Positions 54,009 to 63,778 of a stretch of 64,000 nt of DNA are shown here, in pieces. Position 1 is the first letter of the stretch. The number at the start of each line of letters is the position of its first letter. Below the pieces are notes generated by a model. The model saw only the letters and a list, made by a program, of their open reading frames with translations, had not been told where the DNA came from and ran no database searches. The stretch lies in assembly GCA_027484725.1 (NCBI GenBank), contig JAIXSK010000006.1, positions 9,991 to 73,990 of the forward strand, read 5' to 3'. Made by a program: the position numbers and the translations under genes. This DNA comes from Flavobacterium sp. (GTDB lineage Bacteria > Bacteroidota > Bacteroidia > Flavobacteriales > Flavobacteriaceae).

Positions 54009-55793
54009 ATGTTGCGCAAATTTATCCGTAGAACCGAACTTATTGTCAGCTGGGCCAAAAGCAAGCTCACCAACAAACAGTTTATTTTCTTGTCGAGTGT
54101 TTTGGTAGGAATTTCAGCGGCTTTTGCGGTGATTCTGCTCAAATCATTTGCGCACAAAGTGTACTCATTTGCTACTTCGGTCAACGGAATTCTCAAACTC
54201 AGTTTCATCAATTCGGTTTTGCCTATTGTGGGGATTTTACTCACTGTGTGGGTGATCCGAAAACTTTTGGGCGGGAGTATTGAAAAAGGCACATCGCAGA
54301 TTTTGTATGCCGTAGCCAAAAAAGCGGGCATCATTCCTAAAAAACAAATGTATGCCCAAATTGTGACCAGCTCACTTACCGTAGGCTTGGGCGGATCAGC
54401 AGGATTAGAAAGCCCGATTGTAATTACCGGAGCGGCCTTTGGTTCAAACTACGCGCAGCGCTACGGTTTGGGTTATAAAGACAGGACTTTGCTCATTGGT
54501 TGTGGCGTTGCGGCTGGTATTGCCGCAGCCTTTAACGCGCCTATTGCCGGCGTTTTGTTTGCTATTGAAGTTTTGCTCGTAGATGTAAGCATCTCTGCCT
54601 TTACCCCGATTATGATATCTGCTGCTACCGGCGCTTTGGTATCGGCCATTATATTAGATGACACGGTACTTTTGAACTTTAGCCAAGAGCAAAACTTCAA
54701 TTACAAAAACACGCTCAATTATGTCATGTTGGGCTTATTTACTGGCTTTATTGCGGTGTATTACGCTCGAAATTTTCAAAGAACCGAACACTTTTTCTCC
54801 CGACTCAAATTAGGCGTTTACAAAAAAGCCTTGTTGGGCTCACTCCTATTAGCAGTGATTATTTTTGTGTTTCCGACTTTGTTTGGCGAAGGTTATGAAA
54901 GTATTAGAATGCTCTCTGACGCTGATCCGGGACAAATGCTAGACAATACGCTTTTTAGCAATTGGCGACACAACACTTGGGCCTTGATCATTTTTGTGGG
55001 CTGTACCATGATGTTCAAAGCTTTTGCTACCGGAATTACCTTGGGCAGTGGCGGAAACGGAGGTAACTTTGCCCCTTCATTGTTCTTGGGTTCTTATGCC
55101 GGTTTTTTATATGCCAAGACACTCAACACCCTGGGCCTAGCTCATTTGCCCATCAGCAATTTTACCTTGGTAGGCATGGCAGGTATTTTGAGCGGATTGT
55201 TTCATGCGCCGCTCACCGCGATCTTCTTGATTGCCGAGATTACCGGAGGTTATGATTTGATGATTCCGCTGATGATTGTATCCTCAATTAGCTATGCGCT
55301 ATCAAAAAGATTTGAGCGGCATTCGCTTGATGTAAAACAACTTGCCCGCAAAGGCCACGCTTTTACCAACAACAAAGACAAGAACATTTTATCCAACTTA
55401 GAAACTGAAAAAATCATTCAGACAGATTATTTGACTTTGGCTCCAGATGACAATTTGGTGCAATTGGTAGATTTGATTTCACATTCAAACCAAGTCATTT
55501 TTGGTGTTGTCAATAAAGAAAAAGAATTGATGGGTATCGTGCATTTTAATGATGTGCGCGAGATTATTTTCAGCAACTTCAAAGTGAAATACACCCCAAT
55601 TTCTGAGGTCATGGTTCCGGCCCTAGAGGTGGTTTATCCAACCGACAGCATGGAAACCGTGATGAATAAATTTGAAAAAAGCAAAGTCAATTATTTGCCG
55701 GTGATTAAAAATGCCAAATACTACGGCTTTATCTCAAAAGCCCATGCACTTGAGGCCTACAGAGAAAAATTAAAGGCAATGATTATTGAGTAA
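54009..55793 (+). CDS. ClC family chloride channel/antiporter with C-terminal CBS pair
   Basis: Selectivity-filter-like motifs GLGGSAGLESP, NAPIAGVLFAIE and GGNFAPSL, followed by two CBS-like modules. Confidence 0.92.
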   Translation: MLRKFIRRTELIVSWAKSKLTNKQFIFLSSVLVGISAAFAVILLKSFAHKVYSFATSVNGILKLSFINSVLPIVGILLTVWVIRKLLGGSIEKGTSQILYAVAKKAGIIPKKQMYAQIVTSSLTVGLGGSAGLESPIVITGAAFGSNYAQRYGLGYKDRTLLIGCGVAAGIAAAFNAPIAGVLFAIEVLLVDVSISAFTPIMISAATGALVSAIILDDTVLLNFSQEQNFNYKNTLNYVMLGLFTGFIAVYYARNFQRTEHFFSRLKLGVYKKALLGSLLLAVIIFVFPTLFGEGYESIRMLSDADPGQMLDNTLFSNWRHNTWALIIFVGCTMMFKAFATGITLGSGGNGGNFAPSLFLGSYAGFLYAKTLNTLGLAHLPISNFTLVGMAGILSGLFHAPLTAIFLIAEITGGYDLMIPLMIVSSISYALSKRFERHSLDVKQLARKGHAFTNNKDKNILSNLETEKIIQTDYLTLAPDDNLVQLVDLISHSNQVIFGVVNKEKELMGIVHFNDVREIIFSNFKVKYTPISEVMVPALEVVYPTDSMETVMNKFEKSKVNYLPVIKNAKYYGFISKAHALEAYREKLKAMIIE

Positions 55794-55949
55794 TCACCCG
55801 CGCATAGGCCACCTGAGTTGAGGGGCAAAAAGTTTAAAATATTACGTTCCAGTTTAATTCTCTTTCTGCCTTTAAAACTTGCAGTGATGTTACAGTTGCT
55901 CCATAAATCCGTTACGCAACAGCTTCATTAACTCAACCACTCATTTGCA

Positions 55950-56040
55950 CGAAAGACCTGCCGTCATGCAGTGGAAGCGGCAGCCAGCAGAGCAGCGAAG
56001 ACTAAAGCGAACAGCCTGACCCGCAGGGGGCACCCAAATT
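55950..56040. repeat. Intergenic repeat family D
   Basis: GAAAGACCTGCCGTCATGCAGTGGAAGCGGCAGCC...AGCGAACAGCCTGACCCGCAGGGGGCACCCAAAT. Confidence 0.65.
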
Positions 56041-56160
56041 CAAAACAGGCATAGCATTTTTACTTTAATGATATATATTTTATTGTAATTTAATTTTTAT
56101 TTATTGTTTTTCAATAAATATTTATTATTTTTGACGTGTTCATTTTAAATTATTTGTATC

Positions 56161-56694
56161 ATGAAAAATCAATCAGATTTTATTTTTAAAGGGTTACACA
56201 TTGTAGCTTGGATTATTTTTGTGGGGCTGTGCATTGAAGCCGGAGCCTTGTTGGTGAATTTTATTTACAGTATATTCAAGCCTGAAATTGTGGGGCATTT
56301 ATACGAAAAGCTTGACTTGAGCCAAATGTATGCCGTAAATAAATGGGTCTATTTTGGGATGTATAGTTTTATATTGACGATTTCATTCTTAAAAGCGTAC
56401 TTGTTTTACATTGTTATCAAACTTTTACTAAAACTTGATTTGGCCCAACCTTTCAACACTTTTGTATCTGAACAAATTGCCCAACTGAGTTATTATGCGC
56501 TTTCAATTGGGCTGGTAAGTTATATTGCGCGTCAGGTGGCTCGGGGTTTAAACAATGAGTTTGATGTGGCGCCTTTAGAAAAATTCTGGGCCGACAGCCA
56601 AGCGTTTATTTTGATGGCGGCGGTAATTTATGTAATCTCGGTTATTTTTGCCAGAGGTGTTGAACTTCAAGAAGAAAACGATTTAACGGTGTAA
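56161..56694 (+). CDS. DUF2975 domain membrane protein
   Basis: Four or five TM helices, immediately upstream of a YozG-type HTH gene, which is the usual partner arrangement. Confidence 0.7.
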   Translation: MKNQSDFIFKGLHIVAWIIFVGLCIEAGALLVNFIYSIFKPEIVGHLYEKLDLSQMYAVNKWVYFGMYSFILTISFLKAYLFYIVIKLLLKLDLAQPFNTFVSEQIAQLSYYALSIGLVSYIARQVARGLNNEFDVAPLEKFWADSQAFILMAAVIYVISVIFARGVELQEENDLTV

Positions 56695-56697
56695 GCT

Positions 56698-56901
56698 ATG
56701 GCAATTGTAGTAAACTTAGATGTAATGATGGCCAAGCGCAAAATGTCGCTCAACGAACTTTCGGCCAAGGTTGATTTGACCTTGTCTAACTTGTCAATCC
56801 TGAAAACCGGAAAAGCCAAAGCCATTCGGTTCAGTACCCTTGAAGCCATTTGTGCGGCCTTAGATTGCCAGCCGGGCGATATTTTAGAATATGTAGTGTG
56901 A
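56698..56901 (+). CDS. Helix-turn-helix transcriptional regulator (XRE/YozG-like, 67 aa)
   Basis: [59 protein letters not shown]. Confidence 0.85.
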   Translation: MAIVVNLDVMMAKRKMSLNELSAKVDLTLSNLSILKTGKAKAIRFSTLEAICAALDCQPGDILEYVV

Positions 56902-56944
56902 CCGTTTGGGGGAATATGTCCCGAATATCAAATACCTTTTTAGT

Positions 56945-57292
56945 ATGTCAAACGAACGAATATATAAAATGATTTTTGCCGGTGTGTATCCGCTGTATGT
57001 GCAAAAAGCCATGAAAAAAGGCCGTACACAAGCCGAAGTTGATGAGGTGATTGGCTGGCTCACCGGATTTAGCGAAACAGAACTGCAACAACAAATTGAA
57101 CGCAAAACCACCTTTGAAACCTTTTTTGCCGAAGCTAAACTTCATCCGAATGCACACAAAATTACCGGTGTAATCTGTGGTTATCGCTTAGAGGAAATTA
57201 ACGATGCCTTGGTGCAAAAAGTGCGTTATTTAGACAAGCTGATTGATGAATTGGCCCGGGGCAAAGCGATGGAGAAGATTTTGCGCAGCTAG
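56945..57292 (+). CDS. DUF2200 domain-containing protein
   Basis: [42 protein letters not shown] matches my recollection of DUF2200. ATG 56945 is preferred. Confidence 0.75.
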   Translation: MSNERIYKMIFAGVYPLYVQKAMKKGRTQAEVDEVIGWLTGFSETELQQQIERKTTFETFFAEAKLHPNAHKITGVICGYRLEEINDALVQKVRYLDKLIDELARGKAMEKILRS

Positions 57293-57339
57293 TTTAATAC
57301 TTATTTGGCATTGTACATTTATAATACTACATTGGTTTT

Positions 57340-57648
57340 TTGATGAACATGACCGGAAAAATAAAATATCAATTCACCGCGCAACCTTGGCAACATCAAA
57401 GCCCGGGCGGTTGGTGGTTTGTAACTTTGCCCACTGAAATATCGGCTGAAATCAGAACGCATTTAAAAGAATTTGAAGAAGGCTGGGGCCGATTAAAAGC
57501 CCGCGCACAAATCAATCAACACCCATGGGAAACGGCTATTTGGTTTGACACCAAAGCACAAAGCTATTTGCTGCCACTAAAAGCCGATGTCCGAAAAAAA
57601 GCTGATATAGTGATTGGAAAAACCATCGAGCTAACCATTTGGGTATAA
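57340..57648 (+). CDS. DUF1905 domain-containing protein
   Basis: F.A......GGWWFVTLP......I is the typical DUF1905 start. Confidence 0.75.
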   Translation: MMNMTGKIKYQFTAQPWQHQSPGGWWFVTLPTEISAEIRTHLKEFEEGWGRLKARAQINQHPWETAIWFDTKAQSYLLPLKADVRKKADIVIGKTIELTIWV

Positions 57649-57753
57649 AATGCTGCAAGCCATAAAAAGTTTCGCTGAACTCAATTACATCTTACTTAAA
57701 TTGAATAACTTAGCAACACCCAACGCAGAATATTCAATTTAAACGCCTTTATT

Positions 57754-58719
57754 ATGATTCAAAAACTATTTTTTCTGGTCTTCGCCCCTAGCCTTATTCA
57801 AGCACAAACTACGCTGATTCCCGATGCTCGTTTTGAGCGCGCCCTGATTGAACTGGGCATTGATACCGATGCCACCCTCAATGGCCAAATGGCTACGCAA
57901 GATGCTTTAGCAGTCACATCGCTTGAAATCAGTCAAGCCTCACTACCTAATTATCCGTATCCGGCAGCTGATTTTTATGACGGATTGATCCATGATTTTA
58001 CCGGACTCGAAGCATTCGTTTACATAGAACTACTCAGCATTAGTTTAACCATGGCCGAACAAATCAATTTGAACAGTTTGGTTAATTTAAAGTACTTAAA
58101 TTTTGGAGACAATATGCTTACAAGTATTGATGTTTCGCACAATACGCTTTTAGAAAAAATTGAGTTAACCAATGGTGGTGATGTTTATCCGCTAAACAGT
58201 ATTGGTGAACTTGATTTTAGCCACAATCCAAACATTAATTATATCAACTCAGGCGGTGTTGGACAAATCAACCTCAACAACCAAAACAATCTTGAAAATA
58301 TATTCTTGAATGTGGGTTGTAGTTTTTGTTGGGGTGATCCATCTCCGGCTAGTGTATGTATTGAAGTAGACAATCCATCGGCGGCTGTTAACAATCAATT
58401 TCCATACAGCACATGGACGATCTATCACGGAAATACAACCGTACATTTTACAGATGATGCAGCACTTTGTGTTTTGGGTAATGAAACTTTTAAGCAACAA
58501 CCCATAACGGTAGCTCCCAACCCAACCCAAGATGTAATTCAACTACAAACCTCAGCAGAAATAAACGAAGTCAAACTCTACGACCTTACCGGAAGATTGG
58601 CCTTACAACAGCACAAGCCCGGAAAAACCATAGCTTTAAACGCATTGTCTAGCGGGGTTTATCTGCTTGAAATACAAACCAATCAAGGTGTTTTCAGAGA
58701 AAAACTCATCAAAGAATAA
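57754..58719 (+). CDS. Leucine-rich-repeat protein with T9SS sorting domain
   Basis: Signal peptide; LRR units (LVNLKYLNFGDNMLTSIDVSHNTLLEKIEL...); C-terminal APNPTQDVIQL...GVYLLEI tail. Confidence 0.8.
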   Translation: MIQKLFFLVFAPSLIQAQTTLIPDARFERALIELGIDTDATLNGQMATQDALAVTSLEISQASLPNYPYPAADFYDGLIHDFTGLEAFVYIELLSISLTMAEQINLNSLVNLKYLNFGDNMLTSIDVSHNTLLEKIELTNGGDVYPLNSIGELDFSHNPNINYINSGGVGQINLNNQNNLENIFLNVGCSFCWGDPSPASVCIEVDNPSAAVNNQFPYSTWTIYHGNTTVHFTDDAALCVLGNETFKQQPITVAPNPTQDVIQLQTSAEINEVKLYDLTGRLALQQHKPGKTIALNALSSGVYLLEIQTNQGVFREKLIKE

Positions 58720-58774
58720 AAAAGCAGCACCCATTCGGCACTGCTTTACAAATAAGTTTTTTGTTGGGTTAAAA

Positions 58775-59263
58775 CTAAGTCAATAACACCAGAGGTATTT
58801 CCTGACCGGTTTGCTCTTGAATGATGGGTCTGATGAAAAACCAAAGCATCAAGTGAAATAATTCGGGCACATCGGGCTCAGCTTGAATAGATAAACCCAC
58901 CACAGCATTTTGTGCACTCAAGGCATAAGTGATTATTTTTTTTTGATTGTGAATGATTGAAAACTCAACCAGCGGACAATTGTCTATCTTGATTTGATAA
59001 CTTTTAGCTTGATGTTCTAAGTTCCACGAATTTGAATACCAACTCTTGGGTGCTACCCTCAAAACTTCCATTCCCTGATTGTTGAGAACAACTAATTTAC
59101 TCTTCCAAAAACCTATTCTTTTTATTTGATAGGTTTGCTGCTCTGACATGAGTAAAACGCTGGCCGTTTGCCCATATTTTTGCAGTTGTAAAGTTCCGCG
59201 CACTTGTCCGTTTACTTGAAACGCATACTCGTTTTGATTGATTTGTATCCATTGCATTTCCAT
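58775..59263 (-). CDS. Hypothetical protein with a C-terminal hydrophobic helix
   Basis: ATG 59263 (MEMQWIQINQ). The track start at 59302 is a TTG. No recognisable motifs. Confidence 0.45.
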   Translation of the reverse strand: MEMQWIQINQNEYAFQVNGQVRGTLQLQKYGQTASVLLMSEQQTYQIKRIGFWKSKLVVLNNQGMEVLRVAPKSWYSNSWNLEHQAKSYQIKIDNCPLVEFSIIHNQKKIITYALSAQNAVVGLSIQAEPDVPELFHLMLWFFIRPIIQEQTGQEIPLVLLT

Positions 59264-59356
59264 AACGCTATTTGTTTTATCGAGTAAGTAAAAAATATAC
59301 AAAATCGTTACGCCCTTTCAAGTTAAGAAATAATGACCGCTGCTTTAAGTATGTGT

Positions 59357-59647
59357 TTAAAACTGAAATTTGTAGCCAAAATCCGGATAAAACCCAATTT
59401 GATCAATCCGATTCACTTGTTTGGTAACGCGGTTGTAGCGATTGATGAAAATATTATCGTTGTCAGTTACGTTCTGCAATTCAAGATAAATTAAATGCGA
59501 TTGCTTCTTTTTACTGCTGTTGAATTTGAATCCGGTGCGTAAATCCAACCTATAAAAAAAACTCCCTTCGCATTCAGCCAAAATTAATTTGATGAAAAAA
59601 AACTCTACGAACTGCACTGACAAATTACCCAATCTACAAAACAGCAC
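59357..59647 (-). pseudogene. Remnant of the C-terminus of a TonB-dependent receptor / outer-membrane beta-barrel gene
   Basis: The last ~65 codons (RLDLRTGFKFN...LELQNVTDNDNIF...GFYPDFGYKFQF) look like terminal barrel strands ending in Phe. There is no plug or barrel upstream, and the N-terminal 30 codons look non-genic. Confidence 0.5.
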
Positions 59648-59756
59648 GCGCAGAAATCTTTATTAAATCAAATCAAAAAATTGTTTGTTTGTTTATCTGA
59701 ATTTGAAAGGAGTTAACAATATGATTCAACACTGAGGATATTTATTCAAACATAGG

Positions 59757-60722
59757 TTAAGTATTTTGAATGATTAAAAAATACAAAGGCATGCCTACGG
59801 TAATATTAAACGGAAACGTTACCCCAAGCGCCATAGGAACGTACAAGCCCGGATTGGCTTTGGGCGCAGCAATTCTCATTGCGGCCGGAACCGCGATGTA
59901 TGAAGCACTTGCTGCCAAAACCGCCAGCATAAATCGGTTGGCCATATCAGCGGTTACCCACTGACTGCTGTAGGCCACCAAAATGCCATTCAATGCCGGA
60001 ATCAGTAATGCAAAAAGAGTTACAAACCAGCCGTATTGCATAAAAGCTTTGAATCGTTTGGCGGTTACCATGCCCATTTCAAGTAAAAAAATGGCCAAAA
60101 AGCCTTTGAAAATATCTGTTGTAAAAGGTTTGATTCCCTCGGCTTGTTTGACATCGGCAATTAATCCGATGATCAAGCTACCTAAAATGAGTAAAACACT
60201 GCCGTTGGTAAAAGAGTGTTTGACAACAGATTTTAATTTTAATTCAGAAGCATCTGAAAAAGGTTCAAAACGACGGATCAAAATGACTCCAACAATAATG
60301 GCCGGTGATTCCATGAGTGCCATAAGCGCCACCATATGACCGCCGCAACTAAGTTTTTGCATTTCAAGAAAAGAAACTGCCGACACAAATGTAACAGCGC
60401 TGACCGAGCCGTATGAAGCCGCAATAGCACCGGCATCACTAATGCTGAGTTTGCGTTTGAGGATAAAAAAAGAATACAGCGGAATCAGCGATGCCAAGAG
60501 CAAACCAAACAACAATGAGCCGATGATTTCTTGGTTCCAGACACTGTGCGCCAACTCTTGCCCGCCTTTAAAACCAATAGCAAAAAGCAAATAAAGCGAT
60601 ATAAACTTGCTGCTTGATGCGGGAATTTCTAAGTCGCTGTTGAGTTTACAGGCCAGAATACCCAAAACAAAAAACAACAGAGTTGGGTTGGTCAGATTGC
60701 TGATGAGAATTTCAAATTCCAT
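59757..60722 (-). CDS. Sodium-dependent bicarbonate transporter family permease (SbtA-like, DUF897)
   Basis: MEFEILISNLTNPTLLFFVLGILA start, about 10 TM helices and about 320 aa. ATG 60722 is preferred over TTG 60728. Confidence 0.8.
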   Translation of the reverse strand: MEFEILISNLTNPTLLFFVLGILACKLNSDLEIPASSSKFISLYLLFAIGFKGGQELAHSVWNQEIIGSLLFGLLLASLIPLYSFFILKRKLSISDAGAIAASYGSVSAVTFVSAVSFLEMQKLSCGGHMVALMALMESPAIIVGVILIRRFEPFSDASELKLKSVVKHSFTNGSVLLILGSLIIGLIADVKQAEGIKPFTTDIFKGFLAIFLLEMGMVTAKRFKAFMQYGWFVTLFALLIPALNGILVAYSSQWVTADMANRFMLAVLAASASYIAVPAAMRIAAPKANPGLYVPMALGVTFPFNITVGMPLYFLIIQNT

Positions 60723-60936
60723 GATCAATCAGTATTTTTTCTGTAAAGGCAATTCATTATAAAAGCGTTTGTTAGTTAAAAACCGAGGCAAATTTGAACA
60801 ATTAAAACCATAAATTATTATATAACTTTAATATGTAAAATATAAATTATTTTAATAAATAATCGTGCCCACAACAAAAGAATCGTCCAAAAGCTGAGTA
60901 TATTTACACCCATCATCAGGCATTGCTGTTTTTACA

Positions 60937-61515
60937 ATGCTAAAAAAAAACACATTTTCTATGCGCACTTACTTGATTTTTTGCTTGCTTTTAACATCGA
61001 TGCTGCTGCAAGCCCAACTAGAAAAAGGACATTACATTGCAGTGGCGGCAGGCCTGGGGATTTCATCACCCGACGACGAATCAGAAGCCGGCGGAACCGG
61101 GTTGTACGCTCAGGGCGAATATATCATTGCCCTACACAAATGGCTGAGTATTCGGCCTTATGTGGGTTTTGTAAACACCAACCGATTCAACGAAACCAAA
61201 GAATTAGATCAAATGGGGTATGCAGTAACCACCCAAGCTTTTTTTATGGGCGGCAAAGTGCGACTGCTGGCTCCGATTCGGTATGTGGCGCCTTTTATTG
61301 AAACCGGTTTGGGGGTATCTATAGGCACCTTTAAAACTTATACTGAATTTACCCAAGTAGACAAAAAAGGAATCGTAACACACATTCCTTTTTCAATCGG
61401 GTTGGCTCTGGGCAAACGCAACAACATTGAGCTTGCCTTTACCTACCAATTTCATCAATCAGTGCATCAATACAGCGGAGCCGCCGCCATAGGTTATACT
61501 TTTGCACTTGATTAA
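60937..61515 (+). CDS. Small outer-membrane beta-barrel (porin-family/OmpW-like) protein
   Basis: Signal peptide ...MLLQAQ, alternating amphipathic strands and a C-terminal aromatic-rich strand (AAAIGYTFALD). Confidence 0.65.
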   Translation: MLKKNTFSMRTYLIFCLLLTSMLLQAQLEKGHYIAVAAGLGISSPDDESEAGGTGLYAQGEYIIALHKWLSIRPYVGFVNTNRFNETKELDQMGYAVTTQAFFMGGKVRLLAPIRYVAPFIETGLGVSIGTFKTYTEFTQVDKKGIVTHIPFSIGLALGKRNNIELAFTYQFHQSVHQYSGAAAIGYTFALD

Positions 61516-61548
61516 AGACTCTTTAAACACAACCGCATCAGCATTTTT

Positions 61549-61594
61549 TGTGACAAAACTTGAAATTTGAGGCGGTTTTGTCACAGATTTTTTT
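61549..61594 (+). terminator. Rho-independent terminator
   Basis: TGTGACAAAAC-ttgaaatttgaggcg-GTTTTGTCACA followed by GATTTTTTT. Confidence 0.7.
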
Positions 61595-61649
61595 GGGAAA
61601 GAAATACTCATTGGGCAACCACAGCGTTTAAGTGTTTTAAATACCCCTT

Positions 61650-62054
61650 ATGAAGTTCATAACTCCTTTTTTCTGTATGGCTGTAGTTTTACTACTCACA
61701 AGTTGCCAAAGCGCACGCGAACACCGCCCATGGCGCCAAATATACATTGACGAATTCAAACTTACCTATTTTGAAACACTGCTGCAAAAAGCCTTTGACC
61801 ACCCACAATTTCAAAAAGCCACCGCTGCTGACCGCAGCCATTTTTCAGAACCCATCCTCACCGAATCATCGCGCGCACTCATAGAGCAATACACCACCCA
61901 AGACGCAGCCCAAATCAAACAAGACTCGATACAAAGCCTGGGTCAGCGCGCCGAAGGTGCCCAAGGCAAACAGGTTTGGCGTTTTGCGTTGGAGCGTTAT
62001 AAGAGTAAGTGGTTGGAGGAGTTGGCGGAGGGGGAAGTTGGGAGGGTGGAATAA
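61650..62054 (+). CDS. Hypothetical lipoprotein
   Basis: Lipobox LLLTSC. No recognisable domain. Confidence 0.55.
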   Translation: MKFITPFFCMAVVLLLTSCQSAREHRPWRQIYIDEFKLTYFETLLQKAFDHPQFQKATAADRSHFSEPILTESSRALIEQYTTQDAAQIKQDSIQSLGQRAEGAQGKQVWRFALERYKSKWLEELAEGEVGRVE

Positions 62055-62169
62055 GTTGACTTATTCAAACCAACCATTTTTGGTTTTAAACAATGACATT
62101 AAAAATGTTGAAAAGAAATCTTCTAATTAAAAAAATAAAAGATACTTTATCAATATTTTTGGACAAATT

Positions 62170-62508
62170 ATGACCAAAATGAATCTTCTAAAAACAAAAA
62201 CTTCAGGAGAATATCTTAGAACTTTAAGAGAAAATGCTGGCTATACACTGAAGCATGTTTCAGAAAATATTGGTGTTGATATTTCTTTATTGGCCAAATT
62301 CGAGCGAAATGAAAGACAACCCTCAAAAAGCATAATTAAACTTTTTTCTATTTTCTTTAAATGTGATGAAAGAGAGCTGTTGAATCAATTTTTAAGTGAC
62401 CAAATAGCTTACAAAATAATTGATGAAGAAGCCGATATAAGCATCCTAAAAGTTGCTGAAGAAAAAGTAAAATACCTTAAAACAATTCACAATGGAAAAT
62501 CAAATTAA
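62170..62508 (+). CDS. XRE-family HTH protein (possible controller protein of the R-M module)
   Basis: The HTH is EYLRTLRENAGYTLKHVSENIGVDISLLAKFERNERQPS. A 17-nt overlap with the methyltransferase start. Confidence 0.8.
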   Translation: MTKMNLLKTKTSGEYLRTLRENAGYTLKHVSENIGVDISLLAKFERNERQPSKSIIKLFSIFFKCDERELLNQFLSDQIAYKIIDEEADISILKVAEEKVKYLKTIHNGKSN

Positions 62509-63778
62509 AGTAGTAGAATTATTTGCTGGAGTTGGAGGGTTTAGACTTGGACTTGAGGGATGGAATGGAAAATCTGCATCTTCTAGTTACAAAAAATCAC
62601 TTAAATCAAATTACAAAGTAGTATGGAGTAATCAATGGGAACCTTCAACTAAAACACAACATGCTTCATTGGTTTATGAAAATAAATTTGGGAAAGAACA
62701 TCACTCAAACGAGGATATTGCTCAAGTTGAAGTATCAAATATTCCCGACCACGATTTATTAGTTGGTGGTTTTCCTTGTCAAGATTATTCTGTTGCTACA
62801 ACACTAAAAAACTCGAAAGGCCTTATAGGTAAAAAAGGAGTTTTATGGTGGAGTATCCACAAAATTCTATCAGAAAAACAGCGCAAACCTAAATATATAT
62901 TTCTTGAAAATGTTGACAGACTTTTAATCTCACCATCTGGACAAAGAGGGCGAGATTTCGCTATCATTCTTCAAAGTTTGAATGAATTAGGTTATGCGGT
63001 TGAATGGCGAGTAATAAATGCCGCTGATTATGGGATGCCACAAAGACGAAGAAGAGTATTTATCTTGGCTTATTATATTGGAACTAATATTTATGAAAGT
63101 ATTCAAGAAAGTAAACCAATAGAATGGATTTTAGAAGAAGGTACCTTAGCAGAATCATTTCCTGTAAGATTAGAAAAATCAATCCCTCCAACAGAGTTTA
63201 AACTTAAAGGAGACATAGTTTCTATTTCTGAAAATTTCAACAAAAAAGAGAATTCAGGGTTATTTGAAAATACAGGAATCATGATAAATGGAATGGTTAC
63301 TACAATCAAAACAAAACCAAATTATGATGGCAAGTATACATTATTGGGTGATTTAATTCAAAATGGTGAGGTAACTTCTGAGTTTTATATTGATAATAAA
63401 GACTTTGAAAAATGGGAATATTTGAAAGGCCCTAAAAAAGAGATGAGAAAAAATGCTCAAGGCTTTGAATATCATTACAGTGAAGGCGGTATGATTTTTC
63501 CAGACCCACTAGATAAGCCTTCAAGAACAATAATTACTGGTGAAGGCGGAAAATCTCCTTCAAGATTTAAACATGTAATTCAAACTCCAAAAGGCTATAG
63601 AAGACTATCTCCAGTTGAATTAGAAAGACTGAATATGTTCCCTGATGACCATACTAAATTAGAGGGTGTTTCTGACACTAAGAGGGCTTTTTTTATGGGT
63701 AATGCTCTGGTAGTTGGTGTTATTGAGAAAATTGGAGTGGCTTTAAATCAAAAAATTAATAATGAAGTTCCCGTATAA
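62492..63778 (+). CDS. DNA (cytosine-5)-methyltransferase, M.Sau3AI-like
   Basis: C5-MTase motifs I (VELFAGVGGFRLGL), IV (GGFPCQDYS), VI (ENVDRLL), VIII (QRRRRVF) and X (GNALVVGV). The overall wording closely matches my recollection of M.Sau3AI. Confidence 0.93.
   Translation: MENQIKVVELFAGVGGFRLGLEGWNGKSASSSYKKSLKSNYKVVWSNQWEPSTKTQHASLVYENKFGKEHHSNEDIAQVEVSNIPDHDLLVGGFPCQDYSVATTLKNSKGLIGKKGVLWWSIHKILSEKQRKPKYIFLENVDRLLISPSGQRGRDFAIILQSLNELGYAVEWRVINAADYGMPQRRRRVFILAYYIGTNIYESIQESKPIEWILEEGTLAESFPVRLEKSIPPTEFKLKGDIVSISENFNKKENSGLFENTGIMINGMVTTIKTKPNYDGKYTLLGDLIQNGEVTSEFYIDNKDFEKWEYLKGPKKEMRKNAQGFEYHYSEGGMIFPDPLDKPSRTIITGEGGKSPSRFKHVIQTPKGYRRLSPVELERLNMFPDDHTKLEGVSDTKRAFFMGNALVVGVIEKIGVALNQKINNEVPV

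Noticed and set aside
56040-56160. A very AT-rich stretch with the palindrome AATAAATATTTATT upstream of the DUF2975 gene, considered as a possible island border or replication-related site.
   Set aside because: There are no flanking direct repeats, DnaA-box-like clusters or mobility genes. It is most simply an AT-rich promoter region.
61549-61594. TGTGACAAAAC here resembles the CRP-type half-site found in the three sulfur-regulon promoters.
   Set aside because: The second half-site (TTGAA) is poor and there is no TAnnTTTG box at the 36.5-nt distance. The sequence is fully explained as the 5' arm of an 11-bp terminator hairpin followed by a T-run.
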